This document shows positions 38,591 through 48,801 of a stretch of DNA of 48,801 nucleotides, in pieces (position 1 is the stretch's first letter; the number at the start of each line of letters is the position of its first letter). Source of the DNA: Octopus bimaculoides (taxonomy: Eukaryota); contig NC_068984.1 of assembly GCF_001194135.2 (NCBI RefSeq), positions 71,864,701-71,913,501 of the forward strand, read 5' to 3'. The notes under the pieces were generated by a model, which was not told where the DNA came from, made no database searches, and was given only the letters and a program-made list of their open reading frames with translations. The translations under genes and the position numbers were made by a program.

Positions 38591-38949
38591 AGTATCGCAT
38601 TGATCTATCACCACCATGCAGCTCGTATATAAGCGCTAATTGTTAAAACCAAAAGAATTTTTTTTTACTAAATCTAATATTTTCCTATCCTTCCTTAATA
38701 CCGGTTCCCGTATGCTATTCATATCTGCACTCGGTCTCCTTAGGAGGTTGTTGTATCCTAGCATATATGATGCTTCTTTTAGTCTTCGTATTTTCCAGTG
38801 GTGCCCTCCGTCTATTATTTAACTTCACCCACAGGAGGAGGTTGTCTCAATTTTTCCATACATGATCAGCTATAACTGATTTATCAATATCTCCGCCTGC
38901 CATAGCTTTATGATTTGGGCTTTAGGATCAACACCTCTAAAAACAACAC

Positions 38950-39600
38950 TATGGCTACGATATTTGGATGACACCATATAGTCTGGCCCCACTAGAAAGA
39001 TGTTCAAGTGCTGTTATATCATGTGAACTCAATAAAGCCATTCATACAGTTGCTTGACGTATTAATAACATGCACCAAGTATGGATTAAGGACATCCGTA
39101 TACCACAAGCCAATCTTTACTGGACGATACCGCAACTTCAATTCCCACCACCCATACAGTGTAAAGAGAGGGATTGCTCAGTGCTTAAAACACCGTGCAA
39201 AGAATATAAATAGCGATCGTGATACACACCAAGAAGAAATGATCAAGCTCAATGACAATCTGTTAAGCAACGACTACCCGAAATGTATGCTATTCACTCC
39301 ATTTATGAAGAAGGGAGAGAATGAGACCGATACACCCTCCACAGTCTGTCTACCCTAAGTAAAACACCTATCCGAAAACATACAAAAGATATGCGGCCCA
39401 TATGACATCAGGACAGTATTCAAGAGTAATACAACCCTTCGCAAATATAGCCTTCGGATAAAACTACCAATAGAAGAATATATGAACAAAGACTTCGTGT
39501 ACTCCCATGCATCTGTTGTAGGTTATACAAAGGCGAAACATGTCGCCCCATCAAAATAAGGTTAGACGAACATCGCAAAGCTGTGACACAAGATGATATT
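38950..39600 (+). mobile_element. Penelope-like element 3' half (RT motif C, thumb, GIY-YIG)
   Basis: WLRYLDDT; LLDVLI...TSVYHKPIFTGRYRNFNSHHPYSVKRGIAQCLKHRA...LLSNDYP; TVCLP*VK...[10 protein letters not shown]...VYS...[20 protein letters not shown]. Confidence 0.9.
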
Positions 39601-39607
39601 GAGTGAT

Positions 39608-39610
39608 AGT

Positions 39611-39644
<34 letters not shown>

Positions 39645-39681
39645 TATATAGAGAGAGAGGCAAACAGACAGACGGTCAGAC

Positions 39682-39758
<77 letters not shown>

Positions 39759-39760
39759 TC
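39608..39760. repeat. (AGAT)n microsatellite
   Basis: Direct read. Confidence 0.98.
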
Positions 39761-40359
39761 AACATACAAATAATATCAATAAATTTTCATATCGATATCG
39801 GTATATCAAAAAATATACGTGCTTATTATATGCATATGTAATTCCATTCATACGTATATGAAAATAGGTTTGTATATGTGGGTGTATGTGTGCATATGTT
39901 TGCAAAAGAAAGAGAGCGAGTAAGAAACAAAAAAGAAGAGGTATAAGGGATTTAAGATCGTTTGCCAGTATGGAAAATGAATATGCTGAAGCACTGAGTG
40001 TAACGATTTGATAAATGATAGAAATCTATGGAAAAAAATATGTAAGCCGAGCAGTCGGGCTATAATTAACTAAATTGTTCCCACTCTCTAGTTATGGAGG
40101 CAGCGGTTCTGTGTTAATGATAGAGATCTAACTTTAAGTTTGGCAAAAACGGATAGATACTCATTTCATCTTTGGCTGGTGCCAAAAATATTAAGAATAT
40201 CATTTATGAACGAGTAGCCTTCTAGATTATATAGGGCATATATCAAGAAAAAGAATACTTGAAAATTAAAAAGAGTACGTAAATTCTTGAAACATAAGTA
40301 TATTTCTTCAACATTTCTCCTTCAAATTTGGAGTAGCCAAGGCATTTACATGAATGCAC

Positions 40360-40540
40360 ACATGTGCATGTATGTATGTATGTATGTATGTATGGATGTA
40401 CGTACGTATGTATGTATGTATGTATGCATGTAAGTATGTATGTATACATGTAAGTATCTTTCTATGCGTGTATGTATGTAAGTTGTATGCTTGTAGTTAT
40501 ATATGTATTTATATATACATGTATGTATATATATACACGT
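40360..40540. repeat. (TATG)n-rich tract
   Basis: Direct read. Confidence 0.95.
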
Positions 40541-40545
40541 GTATA

Positions 40546-41188
40546 CGAGCGGAAGTAATAAATTATCCACACATTCCCCATAAAATATCTTTACTGTTAT
40601 CACATTGTCTTCTGTGCATGCATGCCTATAATTGGTACTATTGTGGTCACGTAATCGTAGTTTGAGCATCATCACGCCATTTTTTAAAAATCTGACTTTA
40701 TAGTGTAAGCATGGCCGTTCCACTAACAAAGGGTACCAAAGAAAAACAAAGAGCAGTGATTCGAGAGATGGTAATGGTGAACCGGTTCAACATTACAATT
40801 TCTCTAGCTTGCTGAATATTCTCGTTAGTGATTTTGCTTGACGGACTTCCTGTCCTCTCTTCTTGCACCACGCTTGTCCGGACACTTGTCGATTCACTCA
40901 TACACACATCTACACGGCAGTGCACGATCCCCGTATTGTGCTAAAAGCCAACGATGAATTTAAGCACCTGACACAAATTTCGACCGGAGAAATCGGATCA
41001 GAGCTTTTTGTTCTTTTTTAGTGCGCATTGCTAGTGGTGCGGCCATGTTTACAATGTAAAGCTAAAGAGAAAATGGCACGATCAGATTGAAACTTCGATC
41101 ACGTAACCACAATGCACAGTAAGCAGTGTGACTATAATAAAGACATGTTATGGCGAAAGTGCGAATAAGTTTTGTCTTTCCTTCGAAT
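40546..41188. mobile_element. Mariner-derived fold-back element: two 5' ends in inverted orientation
   Basis: Left arm 40546-40764 (+): TA|CGAGCGGAAGT..., ATG at 40711, MAVPLTKGTKEKQRAVIR. Right arm 40993-41188 (-): CGAAGGAAAGAC..., ATG at 41046, MAAPLAMRTKKEQKALIRFL. The spacer continues the minus-strand transposase N-terminus (RTSVVQEERTGSPS). Confidence 0.8.
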
Positions 41189-41384
41189 NNNNNNNNNNNN
41201 NNNNNNNNNNNNNNNNNNNNNNNNNNNNNNNNNNNNNNNNNNNNNNNNNNNNNNNNNNNNNNNNNNNNNNNNNNNNNNNNNNNNNNNNNNNNNNNNNNNN
41301 NNNNNNNNNNNNNNNNNNNNNNNNNNNNNNNNNNNNNNNNNNNNNNNNNNNNNNNNNNNNNNNNNNNNNNNNNNNNNNNNNNTA

Positions 41385-41990
41385 TTTCTGTCGATCAGCC
41401 CCTCCACCCTTATTCGTTCATTCCACTATGTGTTCTTTCGTTCCCCTCGCTCACATTTGCTTGCTTCTCTCCGCCCTCCACTTTTCACTTCGCAGTGTCC
41501 CTGTCATCTTTTCTCGCTCCTCCCTAATTCTTTTGTGTCTTACCTCTCTCTCTTCTCTTCCCACGTGACCTGTGTTCGGCCAAGCCTGACCTTTCTTTTC
41601 TCGGGGCGGCTGTTGTGCGTGCAACATCGTTATTTCTCCCTGTGCCTGTGAAATCTCGTATCCCGGCTGTAAGGCCTTATTTCCATACACGCCAGCTTAA
41701 TTTTATTGGTCCTTAATCGAAAGACATCTGTTGTTATGTCCCGTTATTATTCCCACTGTATTTGTGTAACATTGTTCGTTTTTTTTTTCGTCCTTGCTTG
41801 TTTTTGTATACATTCGCTGCTTTCTCCCAAGGTATCTAATACTCTTAGCGTCGTGTTTTTCCCTGGGGCTGGCCAGATGGGAGCAATATCGAGAATAACC
41901 AGCCGACATTGCAAAGATAATCTGGATGTCGACTGAAGAGAGAAAACTCCGAATGACATGTCCATGTTTTCTTTGTATCATCTATCTGTA
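41385..41990 (-). mobile_element. Probable decayed Tx1-type ORF1 fragment
   Basis: ...APGKNTTLRVLDTLGESSEC followed by a basic/acidic stretch (REEREVRHKRIREEREK), resembling the ORF1 layout at 4785-5142. Confidence 0.35.
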
Positions 41991-42129
41991 TGTCTTGTCC
42001 CGTTCTTGTATCATCTAACTATCTGGGTGTTTTGTGTTCTTGCCCCATTCTGTATAATTTATATATATTATATATGTATAGGTATAGATATATGTGTGTG
42101 TGTAACCGATTAACTGCTTTACATATACA

Positions 42130-42165
<36 letters not shown>

Positions 42166-42254
42166 TGTGTTTGTATGCACGTGTGTACGTGTGTTCATGA
42201 TTGTTTCCTTCCTCTAACCGCTTGCTAGTCGTTAAAGGAGCGGTTCAGCAAAGA

Positions 42255-42355
42255 ATATCATTAAGTGTTGGATACGATCATTTCGAGTAAATCTTTTCAA
42301 GAGTGTGTCCCGATATAGCTGCAATCGAATGACTGGAACGTGAGAAAGCTAAAAT
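42255..42355 (+). mobile_element. Decayed SINE family B tail downstream of a (TG)n tract
   Basis: TTCAAGAGTGTGTCCCGATATAGCTGCAATCGAATGACTGGAACGTGAGAAAG parallels 780-835. Confidence 0.5.
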
Positions 42356-42875
42356 ACATGTCTAAAATACATGTCTGTGCATGTATTCATTTATATATGT
42401 ATACAGGCAATCACACTCACACAGGGACGCACGCGCACACGCAAGTACACACACACACACGCCTGCACCACACACACATGCGTGCACACAAGTGCACACA
42501 CTATGAGATGGCTGTATTAAATTTGAATCGAAACATTTATAACAATGTATTTTTGTTTCAAGAACTTACTGAAACTTAAAATTTATTGTGAGGAATACTG
42601 TCTTCTTGAGCGAAAAATTATTTGAGGTTTACAATGCTCCCTCATGTGAAATTGGCACACCGTAATTGAAGTGGGGGTAGAAGTCTGCAAAGGATAAGTT
42701 GAACTTCCGTTCCAACATTATATGATTTGTCATTTTCTAAACACATCTAATATATGTATGTATATATGTATATATTTATATATATATATATACGTAGGGG
42801 TACACAAGACTAAACGGAAGTGTTCTTTGTGGGACAAGCACAAGCCCGTTGCTGTTGAGGCCTATGATACGACCC

Positions 42876-43480
42876 TCAGACATCTGTCTGTCGACCGGCG
42901 TCGTCCTGGCATCTCTTATATTCTTTCTGAGATAGTGGCGTACATTGACAAGTAATATTACATATAGTTCCACCACTTTGTCCACAAATTCTGCACGTAT
43001 CACTTTCTGATGTGTGGTCTATTCTGTAGGTGATGTAATTGGTTCTTAATCTTTCTTCTTGGGCAGAGCAGATTAGAGCCACCGTCTTCTGGTCAAACCA
43101 ATGATGGACCACATCATTGAAGCTCAAATTATCACGAGACAAGACAGAAACGATACCGTTTTCATTCCGAAAATTCTGCCAACCCCAAGAGATTGCCACT
43201 ACCATATGTAGAGACTTCAGTTCCTTCTGAAACTCAGCTTCGCCATGACAATTAACAAAGCACAAGATCAGACGCTGAATGTTGTCGAATTGGCCCTTTG
43301 AACATCTTGCTTTTCACATGGACAGTTCTACGTCGGTTGTTCCTGGGTTGACCATCCTGACAACTTATTCATTTGTGCTCCTGAAGGAAAAACAAAAACT
43401 ATCGTCTGCAAAGCAGCCCTACAGTAGTTATTCCTCAACTGTATTCTTCCTATCTACGCAAAACTGTATCCGTTAGCAAC
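42876..43480 (-). mobile_element. R4/Dong-type retroelement fragment with CCHC zinc-finger region
   Basis: ORF 42876-43265: TVALICSAQEERLRTNYITYRIDHTSESDTCRICGQSGGTICNITCQCTPLSQKEYKR (family pattern AQEQALRT...CR.C...ET..HI...C..LAQ.EYK.RHD). Confidence 0.88.
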
Positions 43481-43898
43481 CAAACTTCCGGCAAGTATTT
43501 CATTGATATTTTGCTACATTTCCTGATTTTTGTCATGCCATTATTCAATTTGTGTGTTTGCAATAAATGTTTGCTTTTCTTTGTCAAATATGATTCTCAT
43601 TGAAAAAAAAATGCTTCAATGCGTTTTTGTCATGTATTACGAGAAAAATAAGTACATGATACAAAACGCTTCAAGTAAGATATAGGATCTTTAATGCCTA
43701 CTGCAATTGCGATCCCGGTTAATAGACTTTTATTTATTACTAAATGCCAAATTTGTATTTAAAATAATTTATTCATTACCCAAGTTTCTTAATACCATAT
43801 CATAAACTGCTAACGAAAATGCTAATTATACATTTTCCTTTTATCAACTTGAAACGACTTATAACTGTCCCCAGGAGTTCACCATGATAATAACTACA

Positions 43899-43927
43899 CC
43901 GTCCCAAGGACGGGTGTATTTGCTAGT
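43899..43927 (+). mobile_element. Helitron-type 3' terminus (hairpin plus CTAG-T)
   Basis: Perfect stem CCGTCC-CAA-GGACGG (43899-43913), 9-nt spacer, CTAG (43923-43926), then T. Confidence 0.6.
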
Positions 43928-45249
43928 ATATATATATATATATNNNNNNNNNNNNNNNNNNNNNNNNNNNNNNNNNNNNNNNNNNNNNNNNNNNNNNNNN
44001 NNNNNNNNNNNNNNNNNNNNNNNNNNNNNNNNNNNNNNNNNNNNNNNNNNNNNNNNNNNNNNNNNNNNNNNNNNNNNNNNATATATATACATAATCTTAT
44101 GCATCTGTCTAAAATCCTATAACTATTTGTAGCCATTTACATACTTACAGGTAACATTTTCATTAACGTTTCAATCCTTCGCATTTTTTGGCAGAACAAC
44201 TCCTCTCCCTTTTATCTTTGGCAAGGATAATTTGTAAATTACTTTACACTGGCTAAAGGATTTGATGGTACTTTGTTGTCTGTTGAAGACTGGAGATATC
44301 TGCGCTTCATTTTGTGCACACCAAAAAGAATATTTGCAAAACGAATCATTTACTATTTATTTAACCACATCTAGATATTGAGAATATAGTCCGATAATAA
44401 AAAAAATATTTTGTTTGCCATTTACGAAAAATTATAAGCTACATATTCCATGATTCTTTATACATTTTTTTCGCTTTTAATATTTCCTTACACATAAAAG
44501 AAGCTGACAACCACTACATAACTGAATTAATAGCTATGTTTCTTTCATTCATTCTGTGGTGTACATTATTTTTCCAAAAAAGTTTGTTCTTCCAAGAAAC
44601 CGTTTGTCATAAATCTATTTCTTTCCTTATCTGACGCTTAAATATTCTGTAATGTCAAAAGGTGTCGATTGAATATTCAAAGAATCAGTAGATATGAATA
44701 CAATCGTGCTTGCAGAGAATTTTGGATCGTTGAACGAATATGGTTATTTTGTGGACTTGGGTTATATTTTCGATACCTAATGCTGGTACCGATAAACAAT
44801 GTACAGCACATATAATTGTCATAATTGACTATTCAACAATAATTTTTTTATCAGAATCCTGTGCTTTTGTTGCATAGAAATTTTCTATTATTCTTGTGGC
44901 CATTTTCATTTCAACATTGAATCTGGCCGACGTAAACTAAACTATTCACTTCTTGTTCTATAATATGCATTGTCAGTCATGAATCTGTGTCGACTAAACT
45001 CTTTCCGAAGCAACTAAACGTTACCCTACAAAACAATTTCAAACTTTAATTAGAAGACAATATACATTTAATTTTAGAGTATATATATTAGGGAGATTGT
45101 TAGAAGCTCATTGAGGTTTTGATATTTAATAAATTTAAACTCAATTGTAAAACTATAGCTCAGAATATACTTTCAGAGATGGAAGTTTGTCCATATAATT
45201 GCATAACGAAAGAAAATGTGCGTTTAATTATATTTTACTTTTTCAATTA

Positions 45250-45360
45250 TTAGACTGCGGTCATGCTGGCTACCACCTTGGAAGATTTTTAGACGAATGA
45301 ATCAACCCCCGTAACATATTTTTTAAGCAGGGTACTCTATCGGTCTGTTTTGTTGATCCA
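45250..45360 (-). mobile_element. SINE family B tail, antisense
   Basis: TAGACTGCGGTCATGCTGG...CCTTGGAAGATTTTTAGACGAATGAATC is the reverse complement of the tail at 760-830. Confidence 0.65.
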
Positions 45361-45371
45361 CCATGTTAGTG

Positions 45372-45400
45372 CACGTCAGTAAGAAGATACGGAAGTAGTT
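45372..45400 (+). promoter_or_regulatory. Candidate core promoter motifs: CRE/ATF-like CACGTCA and ETS CGGAAGT
   Basis: Motifs at 45372-45378 and 45390-45396, directly upstream of ATG 45401. A YY1-like CAACATGGCTGCC lies at 45571-45583. Motif matches only. Confidence 0.3.
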
Positions 45401-45458
45401 ATGTCATTTATTCGGAGAGAATGGCTGTTCTACGGATTCCGAAGTTATACAGAATCAG
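45401..45458 (+). CDS. Candidate first coding exon of an unidentified gene (MSFIRREWLFYGFRSYTES)
   Basis: ATG preceded by an in-frame stop, strong CAG|GTAAGT donor, phase 1 compatible with the next exon. Confidence 0.5.
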
Positions 45459-46481
45459 GTAAGTGTACTGCAGTTATAAAACTTTAGATTTTATAACTAT
45501 GCGATAATATACATTTTTGCACTGATGTTATTACAGAAATAAAGACGAAGAGTTTAGAGTATAATATTTTCAACATGGCTGCCGTTTAAGAGATTCTTTT
45601 AAGATATCTGTTCTGTATTTTGTGAACTCCATTCTTATCTTGGTTTACGCTTACAACTAAATAATGTAGGAAAATTAAACGCAACAAAAAGAAAACTCTG
45701 AAGTAAGTTCCTCTAAATATAAAGCACACTAGGGAATACTTCCTAATAATATAACAGTTAAATTTATTTCTTAGTGTCATAAAGATATCATATGACAATT
45801 GGCGTGTTTCATTATCTTTTACTAAAAACAAAAACATAATCATCAAATATACTGCTACCACCATATCTTGTATATGGGGAGGAACGTCACGGCAATAATC
45901 ATAAAGTCAAACACTGGTTCAGCTTCCATTCTTATGGGGTGTGGAGATGTAGAGGCATGGTCACTTAGAGAAACGAAGGTTTCGAGTAACGGAAGAGTGA
46001 GTGTGTGTGTGTGTGCGTGCGTATAATTCTGTGTGTAGGTGTATGTGTCTGTGTGTCTGTGTTTGTTTGTTTGTGTGTGTGTATTAATGTGTGCGTGTGT
46101 ATGTGTGAGAAACTTTCAATTCGAAAACGGAAACACGTATAACTTATGGCTAAAATCGGAAAAAAAGTAATTAGTCAACGAATAGAATATGAATTAGACA
46201 TGAGGTTTGCCTATATGGTAGAGAATTAAATCATTTGACATCGGATATTTTCCATATGGTATCAAATCCAGAATATTTGAGAAAGGAAACTAAAATAATT
46301 TTCTACTCCTATACCCACCATGTTCAGTTATTTTTATTATGAAATCTATTTGGCAGATATACTAAAGAATTAGCTGAGAAAAACATTGCCTCTACTGATA
46401 TCTCTAGAGTTCATTTAGGACAAAATATATTTCAGTAAAATGTATAATGCATACGAAATACGATATTAAATTTTCCAAAAG

Positions 46482-46537
46482 GCTCTAAGAATGTACCACA
46501 GTTTACAAAATGCTTAATTTTGGAAAATCTGATCCAG
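46482..46537 (+). CDS. Candidate exon 2 (G-SKNVPQFTKCLILENLIQ), phase 1-0
   Basis: TTTTCCAAAAG| acceptor, CAG|GTGAGT donor, stop-free in the required frame. Confidence 0.55.
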
Positions 46538-46927
46538 GTGAGTATGGGTAAATTTGGGAATCAAGGGAAAATGTTTAATTGAAATAAACTCAACGAATGC
46601 ATTTGAATATATATTTTAAAACTCAGTTAAGCAATCTGTGACTAATAGAGTTGCCTGTTATAAGTTAACAGCTAGCATATCTCTGACTGAATAAAATTAT
46701 GCGTTAACTGTAATGCACTAGATTCCAGCCTTCACCGAAAGACAGATACATAATAAAGCATATAGTCAGAGAAGCCTAATATATATATATATGTATATAT
46801 AAAAATTTAAGGAATGGAGAAAACGCATGTTAAAACTGCATTCTTCATTCCTACATATGTTTCAAAGGATTACAACCTGTCTGATCCATAGGGATCTTGG
46901 ATGTTAAAATTGTAACCTTCTCTTCAG

Positions 46928-46952
46928 GGAATGCATGGGAATCATCTTAAAC
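46928..46952 (+). CDS. Candidate exon 3 (GMHGNHLK), phase 0-1; the gene would continue beyond the window
   Basis: CCTTCTCTTCAG| acceptor, |GTAAGA donor, frame continuous with exon 2. Confidence 0.55.
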
Positions 46953-47059
46953 GTAAGACATTATGACCGAGTATGAAAACAATAGATGGATAAGGTTATG
47001 ACGTGATTCATTTGAAAAAAACCGTTAGAGAATTGGACGCTGCCGGATAGTGGGTTGGA

Positions 47060-47148
47060 TAACACATACATATAAATGTGTGAGAACATACATTCATACA
47101 TAAATACATATAGACAAATACACACATACATACATATAGATATACATA

Positions 47149-47180
<32 letters not shown>

Positions 47181-47345
47181 CACTCATACGTCCACATTTA
47201 TACATATGCACATACGTACCCACGCATATACAAATATATACATACATACAAATACACATATATATATATATAAAAGAAAAAGAACTCACGTGTGTTCATA
47301 TATATACATACATACACATACCCATAAACATATGTCCACATATCC

Positions 47346-47380
<35 letters not shown>

Positions 47381-47600
47381 CACATACACATGTATACACA
47401 TACACACATATATATACTTACAAACATACGTACACGCACCCACACAAGTATACATGTATACATACATACAGACTCACACACACATTTACATTCATACACA
47501 TGTGGACATACACACTTACATATACTTGTATACACAATCATATACACACATGTATATTTACACACTCACAAACATCTAAATATGGACTTATATATATATT
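47060..47600. repeat. Long complex (CA/TA) low-complexity tract
   Basis: Direct read; source of the HTY/VCM-rich ORFs. Confidence 0.95.
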
Positions 47601-47801
47601 TTTTTAATAACATTAATAAGAGTAAAAACAAGGGTAAGAGTGAAAATATAAATGAAAAAATCAATTGAAACACCTCTATTTTATACAAAACCCTAAATAC
47701 GTATACACATACACACACATATATACACATTTTCTCTCACAGATGCACGCGTATATATAAAAACACCCTTACCGGTATATTCATACGTACATAAATTTAG
47801 T

Positions 47802-48801
47802 ATGTTATGGTTGTTACAAAGGTTTATCAAGATTTAAAATATGCTCTAATTTAGGTTAATAAATTACGACAGTATGGATAAATAATTAGAATCGTAAATA
47901 ATTTTAATCTTCTAACCTTTGAGGGAAAAACTAATATGTTTTATTAGAACTATTTTAATAATTTACTTATTACGGGTAAATATGATAGCGTTTTATAAAA
48001 ACATTTACTGTCATTTAAATGCAGAATACGTATGTTTTTGACAGTGTTTACATTTGTAAGAATGTTCTATGAAAGTATTTACCAGATTATTCTTTGAAAA
48101 TAAAATAAAAAGGAGTTCTGTCACACAGAGATTGCAAAATTTTTCACCCATTTCATATGGCTTAGAAATAGAAAGAATAAGCCAGTCTAGTTAAAATTTA
48201 ATGTTATTATCTTTAAGATCCCAAATTAGTTTGCTAAGGCTCGTGGTATTACGTTTGCTTCTACCTCTAAACGATGAAAAATGGTTAGAAATTCTAGTGG
48301 ATAAAGGTGTAGAGGAAGAACCTACATAAAAGTGAGTAGTTGTGGGAGTACTAACTTGGCATTGGTAGACAGTGTTCCTGAGTTTCACATTTTCACTTAA
48401 AAAACTAATTCTTTTGCATAAAAAACTAATTCTTTTTCTAAGCCATATGAAAAGGGTGAAAAATTTTGCAATCTCTGTGTGACAGAACTACTTTTTATTT
48501 TATTTTCAAAGAATAATCTGGTAAATACTTTCATAGAACATTCTTACAAATGTAAACACTGGCAAAAACATACATATTCTGCATTTAAATGACAGTAAAT
48601 GTTTTTATAAAACGCTATCATATTTACCCGTAATAAGTTAATTATTAAAATAGTTCTAATAAAACATATTAGTTTTTCCCTCAAAGGTTAGAAGATTAAA
48701 ATTATTTACGATTCTAATTATTTATCTATACTTTCGTAATTTATTAACCTAAATTAGAGCACATTTTAAATCTTGATAAACCCTTGTAACAACCATAACA
48801 T
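47802..48801 (-). mobile_element. 5'-truncated Penelope-like element with an inverted pseudo-LTR (367-bp inverted repeat)
   Basis: 47802-48168 is the reverse complement of 48435-48801 with 9 mismatches and no indels by my manual alignment. The spacer and inner arm encode a PLE GIY-YIG endonuclease. Confidence 0.88.
48011..48388 (-). pseudogene. Penelope-type GIY-YIG endonuclease domain with one in-frame TAA (48191-48193)
   Basis: RNTVYQCQV...FYVGSSSTPLSTRISNHFSSFR...TSLSKLIWDLKDNNIKF*LDWLILSISKPYEMGEKFCNLCVTELLFILF...YKCKHCQKHTYSAFK*. It contains VY...YVG...R..NH..SF and the C-terminal W.IL...PY...CNLC..E motif. Confidence 0.88.

Noticed and set aside
45934-45996. Alternative first exon [21 protein letters not shown] with GTGAGT donor (myristoylation-like start)
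   Set aside because: Its phase 0 gives a stop in exon 46482, and the donor is just the start of a (GT)n tract. It could still be a non-coding exon.
47802-48801. DNA transposon or MITE with long TIRs that captured an endonuclease
   Set aside because: The arms themselves encode the GIY-YIG C-terminus in frame with the spacer, which fits a Penelope pseudo-LTR rather than independent TIRs.

Overview
Eukaryotic, AT-rich, repeat-dense draft-assembly DNA with 11 N-gaps, most beside TA-rich tracts. The SINE families and microsatellite density resemble what I recall from octopus (coleoid cephalopod) genomes; this is inference, not a database result. There are no operons, rRNA, tRNA or CRISPR features, and no intact protein I can name. 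Most of the recognisable coding signal is decayed transposable elements: a near-full-length L1/Tx1-clade LINE (about 1.1-5.6 kb, minus) plus two more Tx1 fragments; five fragments of R4/Dong-type restriction-like-endonuclease (RLE) retroelements; four Penelope-like elements (PLEs); three mariner remnants; two Helitron-type 3' ends; and more than a dozen tRNA-derived SINE pieces. The best host-gene candidate is a plus-strand chain of three phase-compatible exons (45401-45458, 46482-46537, 46928-46952) just downstream of CRE- and ETS-like motifs. Weaker exon candidates lie upstream. The most interesting structures are: (1) a 367-bp, 97.5%-identical inverted repeat at the window end (47802-48168 / 48435-48801) that duplicates the 3' end of a Penelope GIY-YIG endonuclease gene, an inverted pseudo-LTR that would form a long dsRNA hairpin in an intron; (2) a mariner fold-back element with about 200-bp inverted arms built from two 5' ends (40546-41188); (3) an inverted SINE pair (23076-23655); and (4) an unassigned decayed coding segment (about 7460-7990). 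Boundaries of decayed elements are approximate (tens of bp).
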